Below are positions 46,601-55,796 of a DNA stretch of 64,000 nucleotides, one piece after another. Both the position numbers and the translations under genes were made by a program. Below the pieces are notes generated by a model that had not been told where the DNA came from, searched no databases, and saw only the letters and a program-made list of their open reading frames with translations. The stretch's first letter is position 1. Every line of letters starts with the position of its first letter. The stretch spans positions 62,001 to 126,000 of the forward strand of contig NZ_MWQY01000013.1 of the NCBI RefSeq assembly GCF_002087085.1. Direction: 5' to 3'.

Positions 46601-48532
46601 TACGATGTTCTTGTAACCCCTTTTTACGGGCGTTCCGTCTATACCGACAATCTCAGCTCCGAGGAGGAGCGAATCGCCGGGCAGGTGGACCGGGAACTCT
46701 CCTCGGAAATTCTGAGTATCGAGGAGGACATCCGGGCAATGCAGCAGGAGCAGCTGGTGCTTGAATCCCTGAACCGTGGTCTTTCCGTCAGTGCCGACCA
46801 GCGACGGTTTATTCAGGACCGCTTTCCCTCCTTTGAGGATCCCGAGGCGCGTAATCTGCGTCTTGCCCAGATAAATACCGATGTCGTTCAGTTTAACCGG
46901 GCCAGAACGGCGCTTATCCGGGAGACGGGCAATATTCTCAACAGTGTGCCCGCTTTTAATCCCGAAGAGTTCAACACCTCCACCGGAGAGTATACCTTCT
47001 ACCGGCCCATAGTCGGGCCCCGGCAGGTTCCGGACCAGGGCATAGGTGCAGAGCAGGACAGCGGTTACTTCTATCGCGGAATGGTCCGGCTGACTGTATC
47101 CACCGAGAATATTGTACGGCAGATAGTTGATTCCCAGAGCACCCTTATAACGATAACCGGCGTCGTCGCCCTGGTTTCTGCTTTGATCGGTGTTATAGGA
47201 GCTCTCATTCTGGCTACGATTATCATTACACCCATCAACCGTCTGGTTCAGGGGGTTGAGATTATACGGGATACTGTGGACAAGGAGCAGCTGGAGAATC
47301 ACGTGGTGGACACCAGAACTCGGGATGAACTGTCGGGGCTCGCCCAGACCATCAACGAGATGACCCGGGGACTCGTGGAAGCCGCGAAAGCGAACAAGGA
47401 ACTCACTCTGGGAAAGGAGATCCAGAAGATGTTTCTTCCCCTGGTTACCGATCAGAACGGTCGCAAATTGACCACCGCCTCCTTTGAAGATGATTTTATC
47501 CAGGTCTACGGATACTACGAGGGGGCTGACGCCCTTTCCGGTGACTATTTTGACCATATCGACCTGAAAAACGGGTATCACGCCTTCATAAAATGCGACG
47601 TCGCCGGTCACGGAGCCTCGGCATCGCTGATTATGGTCGAGGTGGCCACGATCTTTACCAGTTACTTCAAACGCTATGTGGGACAGAAACCGCAGCTTCA
47701 GATATCCGAACTGGTGAGCTCCATTAACGAACTGCTGGAGGAACGTCAGTTCCGGGGGAAATTTGCCGCCCTTATTGTGGGTCTCCTTGAAGCATCAAGC
47801 GGAAAAATCCATCTGTGTCACGCGGGAGACAACCTGGTACACATCTACGAAGAAAAGAAACACGGACTCTCTCTGCTCAAGCTGCCGGAAACCCCGGCGG
47901 CGGGGGTATTCGGCAGAGACCTTATAGATATGCGCGGGGGATACCCCAAGGTGGTTCATCAGCTCAACAAGGGTGATACGGTTCTCTTTTTTACTGACGG
48001 CATCGAAGAGAGTCATCACCGACTCCGCGGAGAGAACCTCGAGGTGAGGAGTTACCAGGATTTTCCAGAAAAGATGCGGGCGGAGGATGCACGGCTGGTG
48101 GATCAGGGCTTCAAGGAAATCAAACCGGAAGAGCCCTACGAGGAGTTTGATCTGAAACGCGTAAACATGGTAATAGAGGCGGCCATGAACCGGGAAAGCT
48201 TCGAACTGAAACGTCGCATGGATGCGGTGATCAAGGAGCCCCTCGTCTTCGATTTCTCCAGTCTGGAGGGGTCCACCGAAGAGATGGTAACCGCCCTGAT
48301 AGCGGTAGAGAAGGTCTATCGGCTGGTACCGGATCCGGCAGCCACTGAACGCGACCGGGTCCGGGTTGACCGGAAGATCGACACCTTTCTGCAAAAACAC
48401 TTTTCCGCCTACTATCGCTATTTTCGTAATCCCCTGGAGGATAGTTCCTTTCCGGAATATGTCTGGTTCTCTCACCTGAAGGAAGATGAGCAGGACGATG
48501 ACCTCACGATAATTGCGGTGAAGCGCAAGTGA
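43640..48532 (+). CDS. membrane sensor: Asp-box propeller plus Ig/FN3-like domains, 3 TM, HAMP, SpoIIE/PP2C phosphatase
   Basis: Asp boxes SRNQGGSF and SFDGGRSW. HAMP PINRL...DELSGLAQTINEM. PP2C motifs SGDYFD, CDVAGHG, FTDGIEE and DDDLT. Confidence 0.9.
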   Translation: MMNRRFPSIPATIILAALVLLLPQVQLLAQERIYWDDSRVLGLESPRFPQAGSSYQGIVVMAHEYEYSGQDQGRAYISTAYSSDSLQWETHSRVLGPFSFSGDESPIASLAVTAGGEVYLAVAEDESTIGIYQSRNQGGSFSRISSITAPVSAIVAPRLFLNSRGEFVLFVSRDVGTGAGLGSYLGIFYTSSENGSQWEAFRPLTTGNTLRETYLPFLAGYGGRDYVVFQAFKTGGPGGNPPSSYQLYMASSFDGGRSWGQPELITDFPEPENLGEEAGWEYYDNQRPAILVDGERTFVSWERRYARSRTRNIYLAELNGSGNTENVVRIRSDRDSISPRMVKAGDRYFVSWYEGSEQDMTLRLAEGRKIPNVGIDWYYQEGAGTEYLFADDRPDSSTFAVPLVFRQRLHLVWENDTYRGTELADSRLIYRGPDIYTASPSVRGVNFIGGEPVSRDNFTIAWSEPRDSSGIAGYNYIFSRSETERPGRRLSHFRDENLSTTRSLEEDGRWYFHIIAQDYAGNWSEPSSLLIQRDTTAPDTPVFLPPETDSSGFLLSNTRTIEWRASPQEDTAGYTYTYTLLDPAGRAVDPEQVRPALPPRRIVTTSPEASFFNRDNGTWMLSVAAVDRVGNISEPAALVFRLNKYIPITLINEIEAERDEVGRSILTIRGRGFTADGQIERIILDRDANPPYDYIYTLEGGSYKLSGNRLIEDFVVEDIDEGLYGIGLDHSRRGIKWSDQSLYFEPTGVVKFGDFTYTPPSRFTLFAWDYFGMSVNALVTLLILTGLAVALGLTIFMLRGVLAENARIQRDIETIVSGRLLTGPEYRKRIVEMKRKGLGLRIKFVLLITVLILIVVMMVAVSLGYYMIESRQRTLAQGLEERASLLLESLAVGAREPIDSNDQESMFSLVGQVEAMADATGVIITGRSVSDPAGQIHALWAASHPEELLESLSGQIRIDYREKDAASEAPRTFALIDADELESYRDRYDVLVTPFYGRSVYTDNLSSEEERIAGQVDRELSSEILSIEEDIRAMQQEQLVLESLNRGLSVSADQRRFIQDRFPSFEDPEARNLRLAQINTDVVQFNRARTALIRETGNILNSVPAFNPEEFNTSTGEYTFYRPIVGPRQVPDQGIGAEQDSGYFYRGMVRLTVSTENIVRQIVDSQSTLITITGVVALVSALIGVIGALILATIIITPINRLVQGVEIIRDTVDKEQLENHVVDTRTRDELSGLAQTINEMTRGLVEAAKANKELTLGKEIQKMFLPLVTDQNGRKLTTASFEDDFIQVYGYYEGADALSGDYFDHIDLKNGYHAFIKCDVAGHGASASLIMVEVATIFTSYFKRYVGQKPQLQISELVSSINELLEERQFRGKFAALIVGLLEASSGKIHLCHAGDNLVHIYEEKKHGLSLLKLPETPAAGVFGRDLIDMRGGYPKVVHQLNKGDTVLFFTDGIEESHHRLRGENLEVRSYQDFPEKMRAEDARLVDQGFKEIKPEEPYEEFDLKRVNMVIEAAMNRESFELKRRMDAVIKEPLVFDFSSLEGSTEEMVTALIAVEKVYRLVPDPAATERDRVRVDRKIDTFLQKHFSAYYRYFRNPLEDSSFPEYVWFSHLKEDEQDDDLTIIAVKRK

Positions 48533-48539
48533 GGTGCAC

Positions 48540-49118
48540 GTGAAGAGCAGGGAGGAGCTGTTCGTCTCCCTCTGCCTCTCTCCCTGGTCTCTGGGTTTGA
48601 AACAGGCTCTTCGGGGAGAGGGGACCCTGGGCGGAATGCTGTCCCGGGCTGAGAGAACGATGGAGCTGTACCCTTTCCCTGCAGCCCCTGCCGAGCAGCT
48701 CCCTGCCTGGAGCTACTGGCTTCTTGACGGGTGCTGCGGATACGGCAGGGAGCCTGAAATCGGGAAAGATGCAAAAGCCCTTATCCTTGACTGCTCCCTG
48801 GCCCGGGTTCGTCTGTTTAAACCTTTCAGGAGTTCCGGTACCGGTTCCGATTCCGGGAATCAGACAGGGGCAGGGGAAGGGATTATCCGGGGTGACGGGG
48901 AGGAGCTTGTACGGCTGTTGGTTGCCCCCGGGTCTGACGGCAGCCTCGTAATCAGGCGGCGGGATGCGCATGTACCCTGGATCTTTCCCGAGGGGGACGG
49001 ACTCCATTATTACAACAGTAAAAATAAATCGGTGATCCTGCCGTCCGGCCTTATTGACGAAGCCTTGAATTTTGCCGATGCTGTTGTAAAAGTTAGCTTG
49101 GAGTATGGAATGCAATGA
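48540..49118 (+). CDS. hypothetical protein
   Basis: In-operon ORF with SD GAGGT before GTG. The stop overlaps the next ATG. Confidence 0.55.
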   Translation: MKSREELFVSLCLSPWSLGLKQALRGEGTLGGMLSRAERTMELYPFPAAPAEQLPAWSYWLLDGCCGYGREPEIGKDAKALILDCSLARVRLFKPFRSSGTGSDSGNQTGAGEGIIRGDGEELVRLLVAPGSDGSLVIRRRDAHVPWIFPEGDGLHYYNSKNKSVILPSGLIDEALNFADAVVKVSLEYGMQ

Positions 49119-49546
49119 AAACCGCCCGATTCTACTGTGAAAACTGCGGCCGGGCTGTTCCCTTTGATGCCCGAATGTGCCCCCACTGCGGTAAGAACTT
49201 CGATGCTGTCAAATGCCCGGTGTGTAACTACACTGGTATGCCCGGCGAGTTTCTGCAGGGCTGTCCGGAGTGCGGATATCTGACTCCGGAACAGAAGGAA
49301 GAGCGGGATGCGGCACTGTCTCGGGGCGGACGGATAAAAGGCGCTGCGGATCCAATCCCTGCCCGCCGGGACCGGGGCAGAAACAGGGAAATCGGGCTGA
49401 AGATGGAACGGAAAGAGAGGGATGAGGTTCTTTTTTCAGAAACAAAAGCGCCAAAGAAGCGGATTATCCATTCCCTGGTCTATTTTCTCATTCTTGTGCT
49501 GCTTTCCGGGACCCTCGTATCAATGCTCGTCGTTCTCTTTCTCTAA
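49115..49546 (+). CDS. double zinc-ribbon protein with C-terminal TM anchor
   Basis: Four CxxC motifs (CENC, CPHC, CPVC, CPEC) and a hydrophobic tail. Confidence 0.8.
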   Translation: MKTARFYCENCGRAVPFDARMCPHCGKNFDAVKCPVCNYTGMPGEFLQGCPECGYLTPEQKEERDAALSRGGRIKGAADPIPARRDRGRNREIGLKMERKERDEVLFSETKAPKKRIIHSLVYFLILVLLSGTLVSMLVVLFL

Positions 49547-50668
49547 AGCCAGACTGTGTCGATAATGGAGCAGCAGGGGAAGAAGGCTCTTTTCTCCCTC
49601 TGCGTCGAGCCGGTACAGATGGCTCGGACATCGGCAGTCTGAGCATCCGAATCCCGTTATACTGCTCTCCGCAATCTGCGCTACATCCCGGGCAAGCCGG
49701 CATTCCAGGTCTGTCCTTGTGCTGCGCACCGGAAAAACCTCCAGATAATCTGCCTCTTTGACCAGATAATCTATATGCCAGTGAAGTCTTTTCCGGCGCC
49801 TCAGATGACGTGCCGTACGCTTTTCCAGGTTCTTTAAGGCGGAACCCGCATATACATAGGTGCCTTTCTCAAACTTCAGTTTTCCCAGCGCACCGATCTC
49901 CAGTGTGCGGGGGTAATCAAGTCTGAGGGATAGCAGATAAACCCCGGAGTCTTCCTTTGCGGCCGTGCATGGACCTGTGTCCACCGGAATCTCCGGCTTC
50001 GCCAGGACCGCCTCTCCCCGGACAGAACAGTCTATCGACGCTGCACGGAATTCGACAACTCCACGGGATTCGAGTACCGCAATGGAAAAAGCGGGATCGG
50101 TATGTATCCCCGGAACCAGCTTTCGGGCAGAGGGGTTTGCGATAACGAAGAGTACCAGTGCAGCATATGTTCCTGCCGCTGCAATAGAGGCGAGTTCCCG
50201 GACATGACGCGTCCCGCGGATTGTAGGGGCGTCGGGAAACATTGCAATTCCCTCCTCCACAAGACTGCAGGATTTGACCTCCACCAGGGTCTCGCATCCG
50301 GGAGATCTGATGAGAAAATCGAAACGGCTTTGTCCAAAGGTGAATTCAGGCCGTATCTCGTAAGCCTCTGGAAAGAGTCCCGGCATGATCAGTTCCCTGG
50401 CGATTCTGTTTGCACCGGCAGAAAAGAGGGGAACGATCGTACCGTTGTAGTTTACCGCTGCCAGGGAGTAGGCGGTTTTTCTGTTCTTTCCTGCATGATG
50501 TTCAAAAAAGCATTCCCGACCGGGTACCAGGAGTTCCCGCATCCTTCCCGGATTCGGACAGTGGGCGCGTATTTCGCCGCTTTCTGTTCGGGCAATGATG
50601 GTAAAGCGGTTGGGTCGGTGCAGGAACTCGCCCCTCAGGGAGGGGCGGAAGAGTTGTATTTTATTCAA
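49520..50668 (-). CDS. sfsA: SfsA nuclease fused to DUF123 (GIY-YIG/Uri-type) domain
   Basis: RPNRF, HCPNPGRM.ELL, SRFDF, EVKS, FPDAPT.RG.RH. Then GVYLL...YVYAGSA...HWHIDYL...GFGCSDCRCPSHL. Confidence 0.9.
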   Translation of the reverse strand: MNKIQLFRPSLRGEFLHRPNRFTIIARTESGEIRAHCPNPGRMRELLVPGRECFFEHHAGKNRKTAYSLAAVNYNGTIVPLFSAGANRIARELIMPGLFPEAYEIRPEFTFGQSRFDFLIRSPGCETLVEVKSCSLVEEGIAMFPDAPTIRGTRHVRELASIAAAGTYAALVLFVIANPSARKLVPGIHTDPAFSIAVLESRGVVEFRAASIDCSVRGEAVLAKPEIPVDTGPCTAAKEDSGVYLLSLRLDYPRTLEIGALGKLKFEKGTYVYAGSALKNLEKRTARHLRRRKRLHWHIDYLVKEADYLEVFPVRSTRTDLECRLARDVAQIAESSITGFGCSDCRCPSHLYRLDAEGEKSLLPLLLHYRHSLALEKENDEH

Positions 50669-52553
50669 ACAGTTCCTGGATTTCCCGGCGGTACAGATCG
50701 TCCACCACGTTTCTGCGGATCTTCATTGTCTGGGTCAGCTCCCGGCCGACTTCGAAGGGATGAGAAAGCAGCTTGAAACGGAAAATCCGCTCAAAGTGCT
50801 TGAATCCCTGATTACTGTTTACCAGGGACTGAATTTCGTCATGCATTATTTCGGAAATTTCCGGATCATCCAGAAGTTCGTCGGCATCGACATAGGCTAT
50901 GCCCCTTTTCCTGGCCTGCTGCTCCAGGGCTTCCCTGTTCGGGACAATAAGGGCACCCAGGAATTTCTGGTCCTGGCCGACAACCATGGCCTGATCAATC
51001 AGTTCCGAACGGGTCAGCTGGTCTTCGATGGGAACGGGTTCTATATTTTCTCCCCCCAGAAGGACGATGGTCTCCTTGGCCCGGCCGATAATCTTGAGCT
51101 CGTGTTTGTGGGTCATGACTGCGATATCACCGGTGTTGAGCCAGCCGTCCCTGAGTACCTCTGCGCTTGCCTCCGGGCGCTTGTAGTAGCCCTGCATTAT
51201 CTGCTCGCTTTTGACATAGAGCACGCCCTTTTTTCCAGGCTGGACCAGGGCCCCGTCGTTGTCGATGAGCCGGTATTCGATATCCGGCAGCAGCGGGCCG
51301 ATAGTTCCGGGAACCGGTTTCGAGAACATGCGAACCGACAGAACAGGTGCAGTCTCGGTGAGTCCGTAGCCTTCCAGGATCTTTATGCCCGCGGCCTGAA
51401 AAAACCGGTCCACGTGAGGAGGCAGGGCCCCGCCGCCGGATACCCCGGCCCGGAAGTTGCTTCCCAGTTTCTGCTTGATCTTTTTGAAAACCAGCAGGTC
51501 CCCCAGCAGTTTGACCGGGGTCAGAAGCAGGAAGGGCAGTATCGCCAGGGAAAAATCCACCCATCGGGATCTCTTTACAAACTGCGGTATCAATCCGCGA
51601 ACCATGGTCAGCAGGGTAAAGTGAGTCTGACCAACGGTCAGGAAAAAGTAGAAGAGACTCTTCTTGATATTGCTTCCCTTGTTGACATTGCGCAGGACCG
51701 CCGCCCGGATGGCTTCCCAGATTCTCGGAACCGATGTCATCCAGTGGGGGTTCGTTGCCGCCATGTCCGCAAGCATGATGGCTCCAACGGGTTTGGAATA
51801 GATGATCGAGCAGGCTCGGTTTATAACCATATATTCGATGGCCCGTTCGTAGGAGTGCCACGAGGGGAGAACACTGAAAAAGCGTTCCCCCGGACGCAGG
51901 GGAATGAATTCATAGATCCGGTCGAGCTGAAAAATGTAGGAGCGGTTGGTCAGGACCACGCCCTTTGGTTCTCCCGTGGTACCGGAGGTATAGATTATGG
52001 TGACGACATCATCGATTTCCCCTCTTTCCATGGAGGACTCGAACAGAGCGTCCCCATCCTCCCGCCGGGAACCCCTCTCCAGGATGTCCTGGAAGGAGTA
52101 TACCTGCACTCCCGGAATCGAGAGATCCTCCGGGGGGTCATAGCTGATCAGGATCTCCAGCTTGGGGAGCTTCTCTTTTTTTGAAGCAACCTTCTCTCCC
52201 TGGGCGGCATTCTCCACAAAGACTATGCGACAGTCGGCATGGGCCAGGATGTACGCGAACTCTTCGGCGGTGGAATCGGAGCCCCGGGGTACATCGATCG
52301 CCCCCAGAGTAATAATTGCAAGGTCGCTGATAAGCCATTCTTTGCGATTATCCGAGAGAATCCCGACGTGATCTCCCCGCCGGATACTGAGTTCTTCAAG
52401 CCCCGCCGTGAGGTCCCTGACCAGGTGGTAGAGCTGCTGATAGCTGATGGAAGAAAACTCGGTACCACCGTTTTTACTGAACAAGGCGGGGTTGTCTCCG
52501 TAACGGTCGACCACCGTCTTGAAGCGACGAATGAGGGTATCCTGATTGTCCAT
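50661..52553 (-). CDS. long-chain fatty acid--CoA ligase
   Basis: IYTSGTTGEPKG, EGYGLTE, GWLNTGD and IIGRAKE...GGENIEP. Confidence 0.93.
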   Translation of the reverse strand: MDNQDTLIRRFKTVVDRYGDNPALFSKNGGTEFSSISYQQLYHLVRDLTAGLEELSIRRGDHVGILSDNRKEWLISDLAIITLGAIDVPRGSDSTAEEFAYILAHADCRIVFVENAAQGEKVASKKEKLPKLEILISYDPPEDLSIPGVQVYSFQDILERGSRREDGDALFESSMERGEIDDVVTIIYTSGTTGEPKGVVLTNRSYIFQLDRIYEFIPLRPGERFFSVLPSWHSYERAIEYMVINRACSIIYSKPVGAIMLADMAATNPHWMTSVPRIWEAIRAAVLRNVNKGSNIKKSLFYFFLTVGQTHFTLLTMVRGLIPQFVKRSRWVDFSLAILPFLLLTPVKLLGDLLVFKKIKQKLGSNFRAGVSGGGALPPHVDRFFQAAGIKILEGYGLTETAPVLSVRMFSKPVPGTIGPLLPDIEYRLIDNDGALVQPGKKGVLYVKSEQIMQGYYKRPEASAEVLRDGWLNTGDIAVMTHKHELKIIGRAKETIVLLGGENIEPVPIEDQLTRSELIDQAMVVGQDQKFLGALIVPNREALEQQARKRGIAYVDADELLDDPEISEIMHDEIQSLVNSNQGFKHFERIFRFKLLSHPFEVGRELTQTMKIRRNVVDDLYRREIQELFE

Positions 52554-52635
52554 TCACACTCCTTCTGAAAGATTAAACGGTATCATGCAGCACAGAGGGT
52601 GTCAACGAAATGCAATTTCAAAGCAGCCTGACCGC

Positions 52636-54342
52636 CTACCAGGCGAGGTAGTTTTTCAGGGTATTGATCATGATGGCGGGAGTCAGAATCTCCGGCAACA
52701 GTACCGGTTCTTCCCGTCCGGGCGGATAGAGGGCGTAGACCGGTACCCCGGCTTTATTGAAATCTTTAATCCATTTATCAATCTCTTCATTCCTGTTGGT
52801 GTAATCGCCGTAGAAACGGACAACCCCGAGTTCTTCGAAGCTGGCGTTTACATCATCCCGGGAAAAAACCGTCAATTGATTCGTCTTGCAGGTCAGGCAC
52901 CAGTCCGCGGTAAACTGGATGAATACCGGCTTGCCTTCCGCCCGGGCAGTCCCCACAGCCTCGGAGGAGAAGCTGTTCCATCCTTCGGGTACATCCGCGG
53001 CAGTTACGGCAGGATTCTCTCCGGTGGTGCCGGATACCGGCAGTACGGCCAGACTTGCCGCTATCCCGGCAGCCAGGGCAAGGCTCGTTAGGGTCCGAAA
53101 CCAGGAGCGCCTGGAGGGACGACCGAAACGACCCCACAGCCAGACAAGGCTGGTAATTCCCAGCAGCAGGAAGAGCAGCAGGCTCGTATGCTCGCTGCCG
53201 AGCTGCTTTACGAGAATTCCGAAGAGCCACGCGGCGGTTGCAAGGAGGAGAAGCCCCATGGCCTCCTTGAAACCGTTCATCCAGGGACCCGGTTTGGGCA
53301 GGCGGCGGATAAGGGAAGGGAAGAACCCGATCAGAGTGAAGGGGAGGGCAAGACCCGCGCCCACGGCGGCGAAAATGAGCAGGATGACCGGTCCGCTCTG
53401 GGAGAAAGCGAAGCCCAGGGCTGTTCCCAGAAAGGGGGCCGTACAGGGAGTCGCCAGAAGTACCGTAAAGACGCCCCCTGCAAAGGAGCCCGGATATCCC
53501 CCCCCGCCGGCGGTCTTCGTCATGCCGGGACCCGCGGTAAAGGTGAGAATCCAGACATCAAAAAGAGAGAGGGCAAAAACGACCAGTACGATAATCAGGG
53601 TAAAAATATAGTAGGGGTTCTGGAACTGGAAACCCCAGCCCACGGCTTCGCCGGCGCTTTTCAAGAGGACCACCAGTATCCCCATTACAAGGAGACTCAG
53701 GACCACGCCGGCTCCGAAGCTGAGGGCATGATTGCGGATCTTCCGACGGTTTTCATCGCTTTGACGGAGAAGACCCAGGGCCTTGATGGAGAGTACCGGC
53801 AGAACGCAGGGCATTACATTGAGAAGAAGTCCTCCGATGAAGGCGAGGAGCAGGTAAAAAAGGATGCCTCCGAAAGCTCCTGCTTCGCCTGTCGTTTTCT
53901 CCGGGATTCTTTCACCCGAGGCCTCCGCATTCAGAGTGAACACCTCTTCCTCCGGAAAGAGGCACAGCCCGTCGTCCTGACAGAGCTGGTAGAAGACCCT
54001 GAGCTCCTCCGGGGCAGCCCCGCCTTCATCTCCATATAAGGGTGCCGAAAGGCTTACCGTACCCCGGTATTTTACCTCAGCCGTTTCCGGATCCGACTCA
54101 GTGGAAGATGCGGAATAGCTTATCTCACCAAGGCGGTATGCGCTATTTTCCGAGAGGCTCATGCCGAAGAATTCGGGATCCCCGCTCTGGTAGTGTCCGT
54201 CGGGGATCCTCAGCTGAACCTCCACATGGCCGATTTCTCCCTGATCCGGGGCTTTATAGCCGGTGAGTTCGGCGATTTCGGCCGTCAAGCCCTGGCTGAA
54301 GAGTAGTAAAAGTATGAGTACAAAAAGCCGCTGGCGAAGCAT
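52636..54342 (-). CDS. dsbD: protein-disulfide reductase DsbD family
   Basis: N-domain QLC....CL, TM domain LNVMPCVLP and ATPCTAP, thioredoxin FTADWCLTC. Confidence 0.92.
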   Translation of the reverse strand: MLRQRLFVLILLLLFSQGLTAEIAELTGYKAPDQGEIGHVEVQLRIPDGHYQSGDPEFFGMSLSENSAYRLGEISYSASSTESDPETAEVKYRGTVSLSAPLYGDEGGAAPEELRVFYQLCQDDGLCLFPEEEVFTLNAEASGERIPEKTTGEAGAFGGILFYLLLAFIGGLLLNVMPCVLPVLSIKALGLLRQSDENRRKIRNHALSFGAGVVLSLLVMGILVVLLKSAGEAVGWGFQFQNPYYIFTLIIVLVVFALSLFDVWILTFTAGPGMTKTAGGGGYPGSFAGGVFTVLLATPCTAPFLGTALGFAFSQSGPVILLIFAAVGAGLALPFTLIGFFPSLIRRLPKPGPWMNGFKEAMGLLLLATAAWLFGILVKQLGSEHTSLLLFLLLGITSLVWLWGRFGRPSRRSWFRTLTSLALAAGIAASLAVLPVSGTTGENPAVTAADVPEGWNSFSSEAVGTARAEGKPVFIQFTADWCLTCKTNQLTVFSRDDVNASFEELGVVRFYGDYTNRNEEIDKWIKDFNKAGVPVYALYPPGREEPVLLPEILTPAIMINTLKNYLAW

Positions 54343-54355
54343 TGCGTATGTCTCT

Positions 54356-54925
54356 CTATTCCGAGCTCAGGTCCCGCAGAAGGGCCGTTATGTCACTGCC
54401 GTTCCATTCATATGCACCGACCAGCCGGGCGATTACCTGGCCCTGCTTGTTAATTATGTAGCTGGTGGGGATGCTGCCGGTACGGTAGAAACCCGGAACC
54501 GCCGATGCTGTTTCGTCGAAGAAAACCGGAAAGGTATAGCCCTCCCGGGCGACGTATTCGTCCACCTTCTCCTTTGTTTCCCTCGTGTCCCTGGCTGAAA
54601 CCGCGAGTATGGTAAACCCATCATCCTTGAGCTCCTGGTAGAGCTCTTCCATGGCGGGCATCTCCGCGCGACAGGGGGGGCACCAGGTGGCCCAGAAATT
54701 CAGAAGCACCACTTGTCCACGGAAAGACGAAAGGGATACCTCCTTACCTTCGAGGTCCGGAACTGTAAAGTCCGGCGCATCGATGGGCCGGGGCGGAACA
54801 CCAAAACCAAGGCGGTAAAACCGCTCGGTCATGGGGTCGAGATCGGGAGTGTTCTCCTGGGCGCTCAATCCTGCGAAGGATGTCAAAAGTAGAATGGCGA
54901 GCATTATACCTGTCGTTTGTCTCAT
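54356..54925 (-). CDS. TlpA-family thiol:disulfide oxidoreductase
   Basis: Signal peptide, APDF, LNFWATWCPPCRAEMP and cis-Pro IPTSY. Confidence 0.93.
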   Translation of the reverse strand: MRQTTGIMLAILLLTSFAGLSAQENTPDLDPMTERFYRLGFGVPPRPIDAPDFTVPDLEGKEVSLSSFRGQVVLLNFWATWCPPCRAEMPAMEELYQELKDDGFTILAVSARDTRETKEKVDEYVAREGYTFPVFFDETASAVPGFYRTGSIPTSYIINKQGQVIARLVGAYEWNGSDITALLRDLSSE

Positions 54926-54971
54926 ATATAGAACTCCTTATATAGAATATAGACAGAAGAGGGCGGCAGGT

Positions 54972-55652
54972 TCAACCGAAATCTGACACAAGAGAAAGAA
55001 GAAGAACGGAAAAGTTATACAGGCCATGCCCCAGGGCAACGGTGTGCAGGCTGCGGCGGTACCTGAAAATAAACAGAAGCACCGCCCCTATCAGGGCAGT
55101 TCCCAGGGCCGGTATCGGTCCCTGATAGAGATGACCGGAAGCAAAGAGCACGATTCCGATAACAGCGGCCCAGGCCCGGGACAGACCGATCTTTCTGAGC
55201 TGTCCATCCAGGTAGGAGCGGAAGAAGAGCTCCTCCCAGTATCCTGTTGTCAGGGAGGTGATCAGGACAAGGGGAAGCATGGCGGCGTTATGCAGTTTCC
55301 AGTCAATTCCTACAGCGTCCTCGGCGGGCCCGGAAAGAAAGAGGCTTGAAATCAGCAGTAAGGGAAGCAGTGCGGCCCAGACGGCGATTCCCGATAGAAT
55401 ACCGAAGGGAATATCCTTCCAGTGGATAGAGGTCAGGCGGTAGGGAACCCACCAGTGATGTCCTTTACGGCAGAGCAGGAACAGAAGCAGGGCGATCATC
55501 GGGAGGGTCTGCAGGAGATACATGCCGTGAAAAGCGGCGGAATTGAAGATGAGGGGATCCACTTCCTGATTCTGAAAGATATAGCCGGGAAGAAAAAAAG
55601 CGGCAAAGAGAAGTATCAACTCCAGGATATCTGACTTCTTATACCTCAGCAT
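54972..55652 (-). CDS. CPBP (Abi/CAAX) intramembrane protease
   Basis: EELFFR, FASGHLYQG and HGLYN motifs. Confidence 0.9.
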   Translation of the reverse strand: MLRYKKSDILELILLFAAFFLPGYIFQNQEVDPLIFNSAAFHGMYLLQTLPMIALLLFLLCRKGHHWWVPYRLTSIHWKDIPFGILSGIAVWAALLPLLLISSLFLSGPAEDAVGIDWKLHNAAMLPLVLITSLTTGYWEELFFRSYLDGQLRKIGLSRAWAAVIGIVLFASGHLYQGPIPALGTALIGAVLLFIFRYRRSLHTVALGHGLYNFSVLLLSLVSDFG

Positions 55653-55796
55653 GCATGAAATGTTTGGTAAAATCCGGGAAAATCCGTTATAATCCTTTGA
55701 CATAATATGAATCCTGAGGGCTTGATAACTGATTGCATAATATCAGGGTTTATACCATAGTATATAAGGAATATTATTGAAAGCGGAAAGTATGCA

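Noticed and set aside
52636..54925. Selenocysteine recoding in the thiol-redox genes, prompted by the SelB-like protein
   Set aside because: The active sites are plain CPPC and CLTC, with no in-frame TGA.
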